A DNA stretch of 64,000 bases, taken from positions 408,255 through 472,254 of the forward strand of contig CAVQXL010000005.1 in the NCBI GenBank assembly GCA_963717865.1. Reading direction: 5' to 3'. A program made the position numbers and the translations under genes. Positions 51,602 through 62,200 of this stretch are shown in pieces. The first letter of the stretch is position 1. Every line of letters starts with the position of its first letter. This stretch comes from Candidatus Aminicenantes bacterium (GTDB taxonomy: Bacteria > Acidobacteriota > Aminicenantia > Aminicenantales > Saccharicenantaceae). The notes beneath the pieces were generated by a model. It made no database searches. It was not told the origin of the DNA and saw nothing but the letters and a program-made list of their open reading frames with translations.

Positions 51602-52078
51602 GGCCGGCTCCTTTTCGGGGCGGCGGCCGCGTCCGCGACCGCCATGACGATGCGTTGATGGGCGCCGCAGCGGCACAGGTTCCCTTCGAGGGCATCCAGG
51701 ATATCGCGTTCCGTCGGCTTCGGGTTCTTCAGGAGAAGCCCGTGGGCGACGATGAGCATTCCCGGCGTGCAATAGCCGCATTGAAGGGCGTCATGCTTCG
51801 CGAAAGCCTCCTGCAGGGGATGGAGCGCGCCGTCCCTGGCCAGCCCCTCGATCGTCGTGACCCGCTTCCCCTCGACGTCTCTTGACGGGGAACTGACAGG
51901 ACCGAACGGGCTCGTCGCCGATAAGCACGGTACAGGCGCCGCAATAGCCTTCGCCACAGCCGTATTTCGTCCCGGTGAGCCCGAGCTCGGTCCTCAGGAC
52001 CCAGAGGAGCATGCGCTCCCCGTCCGTCGAGACGCTCGCGGGCTCGCCGTTCAGGGTGAAACGGATGGTTCGTTTCAT
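51598..52078 (-). pseudogene. [2Fe-2S]-binding small subunit of the Mo-hydroxylase, one frame break
   Basis: MKRTIRFTLNGEP.. CGEGYCGACTV (first cluster), then (after an extra base at ~51880) ..TTIEGL..HPLQEAF..QCGYCTPGM..NLCRCG (second cluster). Confidence 0.85.
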
Positions 52079-52205
52079 TCCGGGCCTCCCTTGCCCAAGG
52101 AAAATTAGCACGTTCCCCGGGGGATGTCAAAACCGCCGCCGCGGCGCTTCTCATCGCCTTCCCGATATGCTAACAATAGGGACGGGACACGGGGAGGACG
52201 AGGGC

Positions 52206-53267
52206 ATGAAGAACTTCCACGTTCGGCTTTCCGACAGGCTGAAGCAAGGGGAGAGGCTCGCCTTGGCGGCGATCCTGGAAGCGAAGGGCTCGGCGCCCCA
52301 GAAGGCCGGCGCCGCGGCGCTCTTTTCCGCGGGGAAGCTCGTCGACGGCACGATCGGCGGCGGGGCGCTCGAGGCGGCCGGCCGGAGAGCCGCGTCCCGG
52401 GCCCTGAAAACCGGGGCCCCGCTCGTCTTCGATCGCGCCCTCGGAGGGAAGGACCTCGCCGAGGACGAAGAGGTCTGCGGCGGGGAGGTCAAGGTCCTCG
52501 TCGACCCCCGCCTCGACAGGCACCGGAGCGTTTTCGCCGACCTCTCCCGTTCGTTGGCCAAGGGCCGGCGGGGCGTCCTGGCGACGATGATCTCGAAGAC
52601 GCCCGGCGGGTCGCTCGTCGTGAAGAGGGATTGGATCGAGGCCTCGTCACGGTCTTCCCTTGACAGGGAGATCGTCGCGGCGTTCGCCGACGGGACGCCC
52701 AGGCTGGCAAGGGTCCGCGTCCCGGCACGCCGCGCCGGCGTGGCGGAAGATCTTCTGTTCCTCGAGCCGGTCTTCCCGCCCTGCCGTCTGATCGTCGCCG
52801 GGGCGGGGCACATAGGCCAAGCTGTCGCCCGACTCGGGAATTTCCTCGAATTCGAGGTCACCGTCATCGACGACCGGCGGGCGTTCGCCAACCGGGCGAA
52901 CCTCCCGGACGCCGACACGATCGTCTGCGGCGACATCGGCGCGGCCCTCCGGGCCATGCCCTTATCGCGCGACACCTATATCGTCATCGTCACCCGGGGG
53001 CACAGGCACGACACCGAAGCCCTGCGGGCGTGCATCGGTTCGGAGGCGGGCTACATCGGCATGATCGGGAGCCGGAGCAAGATCGCCCTCCAGCGGGAGG
53101 AGTTCATCCGGCGGGGCTGGGCGACGGCGGCGGCGTTCGACCGCGTCCACGCGCCCGTAGGACTGCCCATCCGCTCCAAGTCCGTTCCCGAGATCGCGGT
53201 CAGCGTCGCCGCCGAGCTCGTCCTCGCGCGCCGGGAGAACATGGAAAAGGGCGGCTGTCCGGCATGA
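52206..53267 (+). CDS. xdhC: XdhC-family molybdenum-cofactor insertion/maturation protein
   Basis: ATG 52206 lies inside listed ORF 51975..53267. XdhC_CoxI N-domain (LALAAILEAKGSAPQKAGAAALF..GTIGGGALE) and a Rossmann C-domain (LIVAGAGHIG..VTRGHRHD..GMIGSRSK). Confidence 0.8.
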   Translation: MKNFHVRLSDRLKQGERLALAAILEAKGSAPQKAGAAALFSAGKLVDGTIGGGALEAAGRRAASRALKTGAPLVFDRALGGKDLAEDEEVCGGEVKVLVDPRLDRHRSVFADLSRSLAKGRRGVLATMISKTPGGSLVVKRDWIEASSRSSLDREIVAAFADGTPRLARVRVPARRAGVAEDLLFLEPVFPPCRLIVAGAGHIGQAVARLGNFLEFEVTVIDDRRAFANRANLPDADTIVCGDIGAALRAMPLSRDTYIVIVTRGHRHDTEALRACIGSEAGYIGMIGSRSKIALQREEFIRRGWATAAAFDRVHAPVGLPIRSKSVPEIAVSVAAELVLARRENMEKGGCPA

Positions 53268-53857
53268 TAACCGCCGTCGTTCTTGCCGCCGGCAGGTCCG
53301 AGAGGATGGGCCGCCCCAAGATGCTGCTTCCGTTCGGCCGCAGGACGCTCATAGAAACGGTCCTGGCCGGGGTCCTGAAGTCGCGGGTCGACGAGGTCGT
53401 CGTCGTCGTGGGCGCCCATCGGGAGGCGATCGAGCCCGTCGTCTCGAAGCTTGGGCTCCGGACCGTTTTCAACGAGGACTTCGATGCCGGGATGCTCTCC
53501 TCCGTCGTGCGCGGGCTGAGCGAAGTCCCCGCCGCGACCGAGGCCGTTCTCGTCGTTCTCGGCGACCATCCGTATCCCCCGGCTTCGGTCATCGACCGTC
53601 TCATCTCGGCCCGGGAACGGACCGGAAAGGGAATCGTCCTGCCCCTTCATCGCGGCCGGCGCGGCCATCCGGTCCTTATCGACCTGCGATACCGGGAGCG
53701 GGTGACCGCCTTGGACCCGTCGGTCGGTCTGCGACAGCTCATGCGCGACCATCCGGACGACGTCCTCGAGGTCCCGGTCCGGACGCCGGCCGTCCTCGCC
53801 GATATCGACCGCCCGGCCGATTACCGGAAGGCGCTGGCCGCGAGGCGCCGGCGTTGA
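53264..53857 (+). CDS. mocA: MobA-like NTP transferase (molybdenum cofactor cytidylyltransferase MocA-like)
   Basis: ATG 53264 overlaps the xdhC stop (ATGA). N-terminus is VVLAAGRSERMGRPKMLLPF, and the DHP motif region is VVLGDHP. Confidence 0.75.
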   Translation: MITAVVLAAGRSERMGRPKMLLPFGRRTLIETVLAGVLKSRVDEVVVVVGAHREAIEPVVSKLGLRTVFNEDFDAGMLSSVVRGLSEVPAATEAVLVVLGDHPYPPASVIDRLISARERTGKGIVLPLHRGRRGHPVLIDLRYRERVTALDPSVGLRQLMRDHPDDVLEVPVRTPAVLADIDRPADYRKALAARRRR

Positions 53858-53871
53858 CCCGTCGCCGAGGC

Positions 53872-53899
53872 CTTGCCCCGCTTTTCAAGCGGGGGCAAG
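53872..53899 (+). terminator. Stem-loop after mocA (weak terminator candidate)
   Basis: CTTGCCCCGC-TTTTCAA-GCGGGGGCAAG: a 10-bp stem with one bulged G, 15 nt after the stop. There is no downstream T-tract, hence the low confidence. Confidence 0.3.
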
Positions 53900-53957
53900 C
53901 AACGAGGCTCAGGGTTACCCCAACAAGCCCCGCCACTAGTGCCGGGGAGTCGAGGCG

Positions 53958-53986
53958 TTGACAGGGACGCTTTCCGGCGCTATATT
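53958..53986 (+). promoter_or_regulatory. Near-consensus sigma70 promoter for the 54016 gene
   Basis: TTGACA (53958-53963), a 17-nt spacer, then TATATT (53981-53986). AAGGAG RBS and ATG 54016 follow. Confidence 0.55.
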
Positions 53987-54015
53987 CGCGCCATCCCCAG
54001 GTAAGGAGCCCGACC

Positions 54016-54450
54016 ATGGCCTTGAAAGATAAGCCTATCGCCCCAGGCGCCAAGCCGGATCCGGGTCTTGCCGCCGAGATCAAAGGCAGGGTCTTGAACG
54101 GCACGCTTTCGTGCGCCGAGGCCTTCTCCGTCTCCGACCGGGCCGGTGTTTCCCCTCTCGACGTCGGGAAGACGGCGGATGTCCTGAAGGTTAAGCTGAG
54201 TCATTGCCAGCTGGGTCTTTTCGGATATCCCGGTCGGGGCAAGGGTTGGGACAGGTCCGGAGCGGGCATGGGGCCGGCCCCCGACGGGCTCGAAGCCGCC
54301 ATCAAGCGCCGGGCCGGACGCGAAGGCCGGGTGACCTGTTCGGACCTCTGGGATCTGGCCGAGCTTTACGGCACTCCTAGAATCCTTGTCGGCGACGCCG
54401 CCGACCGCCTGGGCATCCGGATCATCGAATGCCAGCTTGGGGCGTTCTGA
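54016..54450 (+). CDS. Hypothetical 144-aa protein made of two copies of a ~40-aa 'C-x35-CQLGxF' module
   Basis: Intact ORF with its own promoter and RBS. The internal duplication is LSCAEAFSVSDRAGVSPLDVGKTADVLKVKLSHCQLGLF versus VTCSDLWDLAELYGTPRILVGDAADRLGIRIIECQLGAF. Confidence 0.6.
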   Translation: MALKDKPIAPGAKPDPGLAAEIKGRVLNGTLSCAEAFSVSDRAGVSPLDVGKTADVLKVKLSHCQLGLFGYPGRGKGWDRSGAGMGPAPDGLEAAIKRRAGREGRVTCSDLWDLAELYGTPRILVGDAADRLGIRIIECQLGAF

Positions 54451-54467
54451 AACTTAACCTCGCCGGC

Positions 54468-55211
54468 TCACTCCCAACGGAAGGACAGGGCGGAGACGAC
54501 CGCCCCGACGACCAGCAATCCGCCGAGGACGGCGACTTCGGTCAAGTGCTTGCCGAGGGGTTCGCCGAACCAGAGGCCCTGGAGAAGCCGCACGATGTGC
54601 GTCATCGGGACGAACCTGCCGACGGCCTTGACGGTCGGCGGGAACATCTCCGCGGGGAACGTCGCCCCGGACAGGAACAGGTTCGGGAAATAGAGGATCA
54701 TCCCGATGACGTAGGCGACCCGCGCCGTCGGGGCCAGGCTGGCGACGAGGAACCCGACGGCGAAGAAGCTCAGCGTGCTCAGGACGAGCGCCAGGAAGAA
54801 GAGCAAGGCATTCCCGCCGAAGTGCAGTCCGTAGATGAGCCGCGCGGCGGCTACGAGGAGCCCCGCCCCGAGCAGGGTCATCACCAGGTGGACGGAGATC
54901 TCGGCCCCGAGGACGGCCGCGGGCCGGAGGGGCGTCGCCCTGAAGCGTCGCAGGATGCCCCGCTCCCGGTAGGTGGAGATCCCGATGGGGATGGACATCA
55001 GAGCGGTCGAGCCGATAATGATGGCCATGTAGGCCGGCGTGCTGTAATCCACCGTTCCCCGGCCCCCGAAGAAGGGATTGGGCTTGTTGCCGTAGATACT
55101 GCCGAAAAGGAAGAGGAGGAGGATCGGGAAGATCAATGTGAAAAATGAGGCCATGGGCTCTCTCAGGTAGAGCAGGGCCTCCATCCCGGTCAGTTTCCAG
55201 AAGCCTTTCAT
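54468..55211 (-). CDS. ABC-2 type transporter permease
   Basis: ATG 55211 (inside listed ORF 54468..55985) overlaps the ATPase stop (ATGA). The 247-aa protein has six TM helices in the typical ABC-2 layout. Confidence 0.75.
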   Translation of the reverse strand: MKGFWKLTGMEALLYLREPMASFFTLIFPILLLFLFGSIYGNKPNPFFGGRGTVDYSTPAYMAIIIGSTALMSIPIGISTYRERGILRRFRATPLRPAAVLGAEISVHLVMTLLGAGLLVAAARLIYGLHFGGNALLFFLALVLSTLSFFAVGFLVASLAPTARVAYVIGMILYFPNLFLSGATFPAEMFPPTVKAVGRFVPMTHIVRLLQGLWFGEPLGKHLTEVAVLGGLLVVGAVVSALSFRWE

Positions 55212-56140
55212 GCCGGGCCTCCTTTCCCTTCCTGCGTCAACGCCAGGAAGACGTCCTCCAGGTCGGGCCGTTCGGTCCTGAGGTCCCGGAACCGGGCGCC
55301 CGCCGCGTCGAGGGCGTTGACGACGAGGACGACGAGACGGTCGCCCGTCCCGGTGACGACGACCCTGCCGCCCTCCCGCTCGACCTTGGCGACGCCGGGG
55401 ATCGTTCCGAGCGGCGTCGGATCGTACCCTTCGTCGGCCGTGAAGACGATGCGCGTCCCCTCGCCCAGGCGGCGGATGAGCTCGTCGGGCGTGTCCAGGG
55501 CCACGATCCGGCCCCGGTCGATGACCAGGACCCGGTTGCAGAGCGCCTCGGCCTCCTCCATGTAGTGGGTGGTGAGGAAGACGGTCTTGCCCCGGTCCCG
55601 GATCGACCGGACGAGGTCCCACATCGCCCGCCGGGCGTGAGGGTCGAGGCCCGTCGTCAGCTCGTCGAGAAAGACGAGCTCGGGATCGTTGACCAGGGCC
55701 AGGGCGATGAACAGCCTCTGCTTCTGGCCTCCGGACAGCTTGGCGAATGGGGCGTCGCGCTTGTCGGCCAAACCGAGGGCGCCGAGAAGCGGCCGCGTAT
55801 CGGCCGGGTTCCGGTAGAACGAGGCGAATAGCGAGAGGGCCTCGCGGACCTTGATGTCGTCGGGCAGGGCGCTGCTTTGGAGCTGAACCCCGATCCGCTC
55901 CCGGAGCTCCCGCCCCTCCCGCCGCGGGTCCAGTCCGAGGATGGAGAGCCGGCCGCCGTCGGGGCTCCTCAATCCTTCGAGACACTCGATGGTCGTCGTC
56001 TTCCCGGCGCCGTTCGGGCCGACGACGCCGAAGATCTCGTTCTCCCGGACGTCGAAGCTGATCCCGTCCACGGCCACCAGCTTGCCGTAGGTCTTGCGGA
56101 GCCCTTCCGCGATTATGGCCATACCGCTCATGGGCAGCAT
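55208..56140 (-). CDS. ABC transporter ATP-binding protein (ABC-2/DrrA-like)
   Basis: Walker A GPNGAGKTTT, signature LSGGQKQRL, Walker B LVFLDELTTGLD, H-loop TTHYMEE. The start is ambiguous (ATG 56140, 56131 or 56122). Confidence 0.85.
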   Translation of the reverse strand: MLPMSGMAIIAEGLRKTYGKLVAVDGISFDVRENEIFGVVGPNGAGKTTTIECLEGLRSPDGGRLSILGLDPRREGRELRERIGVQLQSSALPDDIKVREALSLFASFYRNPADTRPLLGALGLADKRDAPFAKLSGGQKQRLFIALALVNDPELVFLDELTTGLDPHARRAMWDLVRSIRDRGKTVFLTTHYMEEAEALCNRVLVIDRGRIVALDTPDELIRRLGEGTRIVFTADEGYDPTPLGTIPGVAKVEREGGRVVVTGTGDRLVVLVVNALDAAGARFRDLRTERPDLEDVFLALTQEGKGGPA

Positions 56141-56214
56141 TATAAGGAATTTCCGCTAAAAGCCCAAGCTTTTATGGGTTGACGTCCGTCGGGGCCGGGT
56201 GATATCTTCCGGAC

Positions 56215-59080
56215 ATGTCCCGCAGTATGGAGAATCCCATGAAAACCAGAGCCGTCCGCGGTCGATACTCCCTCATCCTGGCCGTGTGTTGCCTCGCGGC
56301 GCTTCCTTCGTCCGCGGTCGACCGCACCGCCCCCGACAAGCCCGAGCCGGGCTCTGTCGAGGCCATCGCGAAATTCGTCACGGAGACACGCTTCAACAAT
56401 CCGTGGGTGTCTTATGTTCCTGAATCTAAATCTGTCATGTCTCCGTCGAAGTACCTCGGTCATATCGTCGGGGCGGCCGGGGAGCTGTCCGATGTCGCCA
56501 AGATCCAGGGGTACTTTCGCGAGCTGGCCCGGACATCGCCGCGGGTGCGCGTCGAGACCATCGGCCGGTCGGACGAGGGCCGGGACATCATTCTTGTCGC
56601 GGTCTCCGACGAGGCTTCGATCCGCGACCTCGGGCGGCTGAAGGCCGCTTCCGCGTCGCTCGCCGACCCGCGGACGACGGATCCGGACCGGGCGGAGTCC
56701 ATCATCGCGAAGGCGAAGCCGTTCTATTTCTTCAATGCGGGACTGCACTCGCAGGAAACCGGGAGCCCGGAGACGATGATGGAGCTGGCCTACCGCCTGG
56801 CTGTTTCCGATCAGCCGTTCATCCGCGACATCCGGAGCAACGTCGTCGTCCTCATCAACCCCGTCTCCGAGCCGGACGGCAGGGACCGGTTCGTGGAATG
56901 GTTCTACCGGCACCTCAAGGGGAAGACCGAGTTCGAGAAGCTCCCGCCCGTCTCGCCGCCGTACTGGGGCAAATATGTTTTTCACGACAACAACCGGGAC
57001 ACGCACCAGGCGGCCCTCGAAACGACTCAGGCGGTCCGCCGGGCCTTCTTCGAGTACCACCCGGTCGTCGTCCACGACCTCCACGAGTCCATCCCGCTTC
57101 TCCTCACCTGGAACGGCACGGGCCCCTTCAACCCGAACCTCGAGCCCATCGCCATCAGCGAGATGTTCGATATCGCCTTCGCCGAGGTCCGCGCCCTGAC
57201 GGCCATGGGGATGCCCGGCGTCTGGACCTGGGATTTCGGCGAGGGCTTCGGCCAGCATTATATGGAGGCCGTGGGCACCAACCATAACGCCATCGGGCGC
57301 GGTTACGAGACTTTCGGCAACGCGACGGCCGAGACCGTCGATCGCGACCTCTCCGGCCGGCGCGGCGGACGATCCGCGACGAGCCGGGAATGGTTCCGGC
57401 CCCTGCCGGCCCCCAAGCGCTTCAAATGGTCCCTCCGGGACAACGTGAATTACACGCAGACGGGATGCCTGGCCGCCCTCGAATACACGGCCCTCCGCTC
57501 CAAGGAGATGATGCGCGACCTCTACCGCAAGTGCCGGGCGTCGTGGCAGAAGGGCCTGACGGAGAAGCCCCGGGCGTTCGTCATCCCGGCCGACCAGGGC
57601 GATCGGCGCCGAGTCGCTGGGATGGTCGGCCTTCTTATCGGCCAGCGTATCGAGGTCGGCCGCGCGACCCGGGACTTCGAGGTCAAAGAGGGCAAGTTCC
57701 CGGCGGGCACTTATGTCGTGCGGATGGATCAGCCCTATCGCAACTATGCGCTCGACCTCCTGGCGCCCCAGAAGTACCCGAAGGAGGGCACCCAGCAGAC
57801 CTACGACGACATCTCGTGGGCTTTGCCGGTCCATTACGGGCTGACGGCCTCTCCCGTGGAGGATGAAGGCATCATGTCCGTACCTCTCGAACCCCTGAAG
57901 GAAGCGCCCGCGACGCCCGGCAGGGTGACCGGGAACGGCCCCGTCTATCTCCTCAGGGATTCCGGCCAGGAATCGCTTCTCGAAGCCCGCGCGAGGCTGG
58001 CCGATCTTAAGGTCGAGATCGCCGAGAAGAGCTTCAAGGTCGGAGAGACCGAATATCCCGCGGGCTCGTGGGTCCTGGCCCCGGCCCTGGAAGGGCCGGG
58101 ACTGGGAAGCCCGGCCCCGGCCGAGGGCCTGGCCGCGAAGCTCGGAAAGGTCGCGTCCGAGCTCGGGCTCGATTTCGAGAGCGTCGCGGGGCTTCCCGAT
58201 GTCGCCCGGCACGACGCACGCCTGCCCCGTCTCGCCCTCTGGCATCCCTGGGCGGACACCCAAATGATCGGCTGGGTCCGTCTTGTCCTCGACCGCCAGG
58301 GCGTCCCCTACGCCATCCTCCGCGACGACGACATCCGGGCCGGCGGATTGAAGGAGAAATACGACGTCATCATCCACGGCGACACCGAAGAGGACGTGAA
58401 GGGCCAGATCAACGGCCTCGACCGGAGATTTTCCCCGCTGGCCTATACGAAGACTCCCGAATTCCCGAACCTCGGGTTCCCCGTCGCCTCCGAGGACATC
58501 ACGGGCGGCATCGGCTGGACGGGCATGGCCGAGCTCCAGGAGTTTGTCGAGGGCGGCGGCACGCTCATCACCCTGGGCAACGGCTCCGCCCTCCCTCTGG
58601 ACGGCGGCATCGTCTCCGGGGTTGAGACGGGTCCGCGGGGAGGGGAACGTCTGGACGCCCGGCGTCGAGCTCGTCGCGCGATTCGCGCGGCCGACCCATT
58701 TCCTGGCCTATGGCTACGGCGAACAGACATCCCTCTTCCGCGGCAGTTTCCCCGTCTATGCCCTTCGCAAGGTCGATCGCGGGCTGGCCGTGCTTCGGTG
58801 GGGGACGCGCCCGCCGGTCGACGAGCGCGACGCGGAGGAAGCCGAAGGGAACCCTTCGCCCGAGAGCGCAGAGAAGCCTGTTCCCATGCTCGTGAGCGGC
58901 GGCATCAAGGGCGAGGATGTCCTCGAAGGCCGTCCGGCCATCCTCGATATTCCGGCCGGCAAGGGCCGGGTCCTGGCCTACAACTTCAATCCCATCCACC
59001 GGACGCTGAACCGCTCGGACCACAGGCTCCTGTGGAACGCTTTGCTGAACTGGCAGGTTCCTCCCGACCTCAACCGGTGA
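56215..59080 (+). pseudogene. Large secreted M14-like zinc carboxypeptidase-family protein, one frame break near the 3' end
   Basis: Signal peptide. Zn-binding HxxE context GLHSQETGSPE, then ..NPVSEPDGRD.. and a later ..VVHDLHES... A long C-terminal extension follows. An extra G at ~58621 joins ORF 56215..59217 to ORF 58544..59080 (..NVWTPGVELVARF..RVLAYNFNPIHR..). Confidence 0.7.
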
Positions 59081-59099
59081 CGCGGTCCTTGTCCAAGCC

Positions 59100-59122
59100 C
59101 CCCCGCCAATTATCGGCGGGGG
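59100..59122. terminator. GC stem-loop between the convergent M14-like and hrpA genes
   Basis: CCCCCGCC-AATTATC-GGCGGGGG (8-bp stem). There is no flanking T-tract on either strand, so the function is uncertain. Confidence 0.3.
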
Positions 59123-59227
59123 AAGGGGTTGGCGGGAATAACGAGACGAGCCCTACATGGGAATCCGTCAAGGGCGGCCTGGTCCTCGTCGAGAAGCCGC
59201 CGGCGGACGAGGCCTGAAGAAGCCCCA

Positions 59228-62200
59228 TCAGCCCATCGCTTCGATCTCTTTGATCTTCAGCGCCAGGCGCTTGGCGGAGATGGGAAAGGCGGTCTTGACC
59301 TCGGGGGCGAAGAGAGAGACGCGGAACTCCTCGATCATTCCGCGCAGTTCCTCGACGGCGGCCTTCTTTTCCGGCGAGGTGTCCCTGTCGAATCGCTTGA
59401 CGATGCGTTCCAGGGCAAGGGTGTAGGGCTCGACCTGTTCTTCTTTCTTCCGGTCCTTTTCCGGATCGTACTTGGCCCGCTCGGCGCGTATCTTCAGCGC
59501 GTCGAGCCGGCGGGGCAGTTGACGCAACGCGTCCATCGACCGGATCTCGAGGAAGTTCGCCGGGACCAGGCGGTCGAGCTCGGCTTTGATCGATTCCGAT
59601 ACGCCGCCCGCGGCGGAGGCTCTTCCGAGCCCGCTGAACTGAGAGGTCGAAGCCGGACCTTTCGGCAGACCGCCGCGGACCTTTCCGTAGGCCCCGAGGA
59701 TCCGGACGACGAGGTCCCTGAGCTCGGTGCCCTTGGCGAAAAGGTCCCGGACCACGCCCGCGGCGAGGGCATCGAAATCCTCTCTGGAGCGGACGTTCTT
59801 CCGGAAGACCTCTCGCTTCAGGGCCTCGGCCATGGCCTTCATGACCGCGGCCTTCCCGCCGAAGTATAGCGCGACGGCGTCGCATTCCTCCGGCAGGGCC
59901 AGATATCGTTTCACGAACTCCACGTCCTTGGCGAAGCGCGGCAGGAGGAGCGCGGCGACGCCCGCGGGATGGGCGGCGGCGGCTTCCTCGCGCGACCGGA
60001 AGAGACGGAGGTTCACGCCCTTCTCGCCGGCCTCGAGCCCGGGGAACGCGGCCGTGTACGGCCCGGCGGCGACGGTCTCCGGCAGGGGCCCGAAATCCCA
60101 TCCCGGGATGCCCGTCCGCTCCCAACGCTCTTTCGCGCTCTTCCAGGCCGGCGAGTCCTCCGGGACGCCGGTCGCGACGGCGGACTTGCGGAGGATGTCC
60201 AGGTTCCGGGCGGCGGCGATCTCCTTGCCCTCGTGGTCGGTGACGGCCACGCGCGTCCGGAGATGGAGGGGGAGCTCGGCCTTCGCCCATTCCGAAGCCG
60301 GAATGTCCACCTGGAAGCGCTGTTTGACGAAGCGGGCCAGCGTCCTGAACAGGGAGACGTCCGTCGGCTGCATCTCGCGCACGATGATCTCGGCCTTTTC
60401 GGCCAGCGGGCATCAGGAGCTTCCGGTATCTTTTCGGCAGGCCCTTGAGCAGGGCGGCGATCTTATCCGCGTACTGCCCCGGCACGCCCCACTCGAGCGG
60501 CTCGGCCGGAAGGCTCTTGACGAGGGACGCCGGGACCTTGAGGGTTACCCCGTCCGACTCTTCGCCCGGCGCGAACCGGTAGACGGCCCGGAACGGGCGG
60601 CCGTCGACATCGACGACGTCGGGAAAGGCCGCGACCTTTTCTTCCTCCGGGTTGACGCGCATCAGGTCCTTTTCGGTCATCCTCAGGAACGCGTCCCCGC
60701 CCCGCTTCCGGATCTCCGCTCGAGCGTCCGGAGGTCGTGGATCCCGGCCAGGCGGGACGAATAGAACCGGGCGATCGTCGTCCTCCGCGACGCAGATGTC
60801 CCGCCGCCGGAGCTTTTCCTCGATCTCCGCGACCTTCGCCGCGAGCTCGAGGTTATGCTTGAGGAAGGGGGGCGGGTCGTCGACGTCGCCCTCGACGAGG
60901 GCCGAGCGGACGAAGATCTCGTGCGCCTCGTCCGGCGCGATCCGGCCATAGGAGACGTTCCGGCCGGGACGATCTCGAGGCCGAAGAGGCGTGACCTTTT
61001 CCTTGGCCGTGACCTCGCCGCGCTCCTTGTCCCAGTGCGGGTCGGAATAGGAGTAGCGGCAGAGGCTTCCGCCGAGCTCCTCGAGCCACTCCGGGTCGAT
61101 CTTCGCCGCCGTGCGCGCGTAGAGCCGCGACGTCTGGACCATGTCGGCCGCGACGATCCACGGACGCGCCTTTCCGAAGACGGTCGATCCCGGGAAGACC
61201 ATGACCTCACGGCCCTTGGCCGCCGTGTAGATGCTCTTCTCCTTGCGCACGGCGATATTGGACAGGAATCCGCCCAGGATGGACCGGTGGATGGCCGCGT
61301 AGAGCCCCTCGGACATCTCGCGCTTTTCCCGCCGGCCCGGCGGGACCTTCTGCTCCTCGAGGATGGCGAGGATCTGGTCGTGGACGAAGCCCCACTCGCG
61401 CATCCGCGGGAAGGACAGGAAGTTCTCGGCGCAGAACTTCTTGAGCCTGTTCTGCGAGCCGGTCTCCTTGTGGACCGCCCGGTAGGCGTCCCAGACGTTG
61501 AGGAGCGACAGGAAGTCCGAGTCGGGGTGCTTGAAGAGGGCGTGCTTCGCGTCGGCCTGCCGCCGTCTGGTCGGGCGGGCGCTCGCGGGGGTCGCGGATG
61601 CTCAGGGCCGAGGCGATGACCGCGACCTCGCGCAGGCAGCCCTCCTCGGCCGCCTCGAGGAGCATGCGGGAGATCCGCGGGATCGAGCGGCATCGGCGCC
61701 ATGCGCCGGCCGAGCGGGGTCAGGGCGAAGTCCCGTCCCTTGCCCGTGATGGCCCCCAGCTCGACGAGCGTGTCGAACCCGTCCTTGACGGCCCGGGGGT
61801 GGGGCATGTCCACGAACGGGAAGTCCAGGGGATAGCCGAGCCGCAGGTCGATCATCCGCAGGATGACCTCGGCCAGGTTCGAGCGCAGGATCTCCGGCGG
61901 GGTGAACTCGGCCGCGACTCGTAGTCCTCCTCGTGTAGAGCCGGACGCAGAGGCCTTCCTGGACGCGGCCGCAGCGGCCCTTGCGCTGGTCGGCGCTCGC
62001 CCGGGAGATCGTCGCTGATCGGCAGGCTGTTGATGCGCGTCCCCGGCTGGTACTGGGAGATGCGGGCGAGGCCGGTGTCGACGACGTAGCGGATGCCGGG
62101 GATGGTCAGCGAGGTCTCGGCGACGTTCGTGGCCACGACGATCTTGGGCCCGTGGACGGAATAGACGCGGCCCTGCTGGGCCGGCCGGCAGGCGGGCGTA

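Noticed and set aside
56140-58377. Very long ORFs antisense to or out of frame with recognisable genes. Examples: 56140..58377(-), 286..1164(-), 3163..3936(-), 6716..7921(+), 12735..13934(+), 14710..15924(+), 15912..17291(+), 17186..18442(+), 25615..27042(+), 49711..50763(+).
   Set aside because: Their translations are Arg/Gly/Pro/Asp-rich low-complexity strings with no motifs. Each fully overlaps an ORF with clear family signatures on the other strand or frame. This is the expected stop-codon-poor artefact of high GC content.
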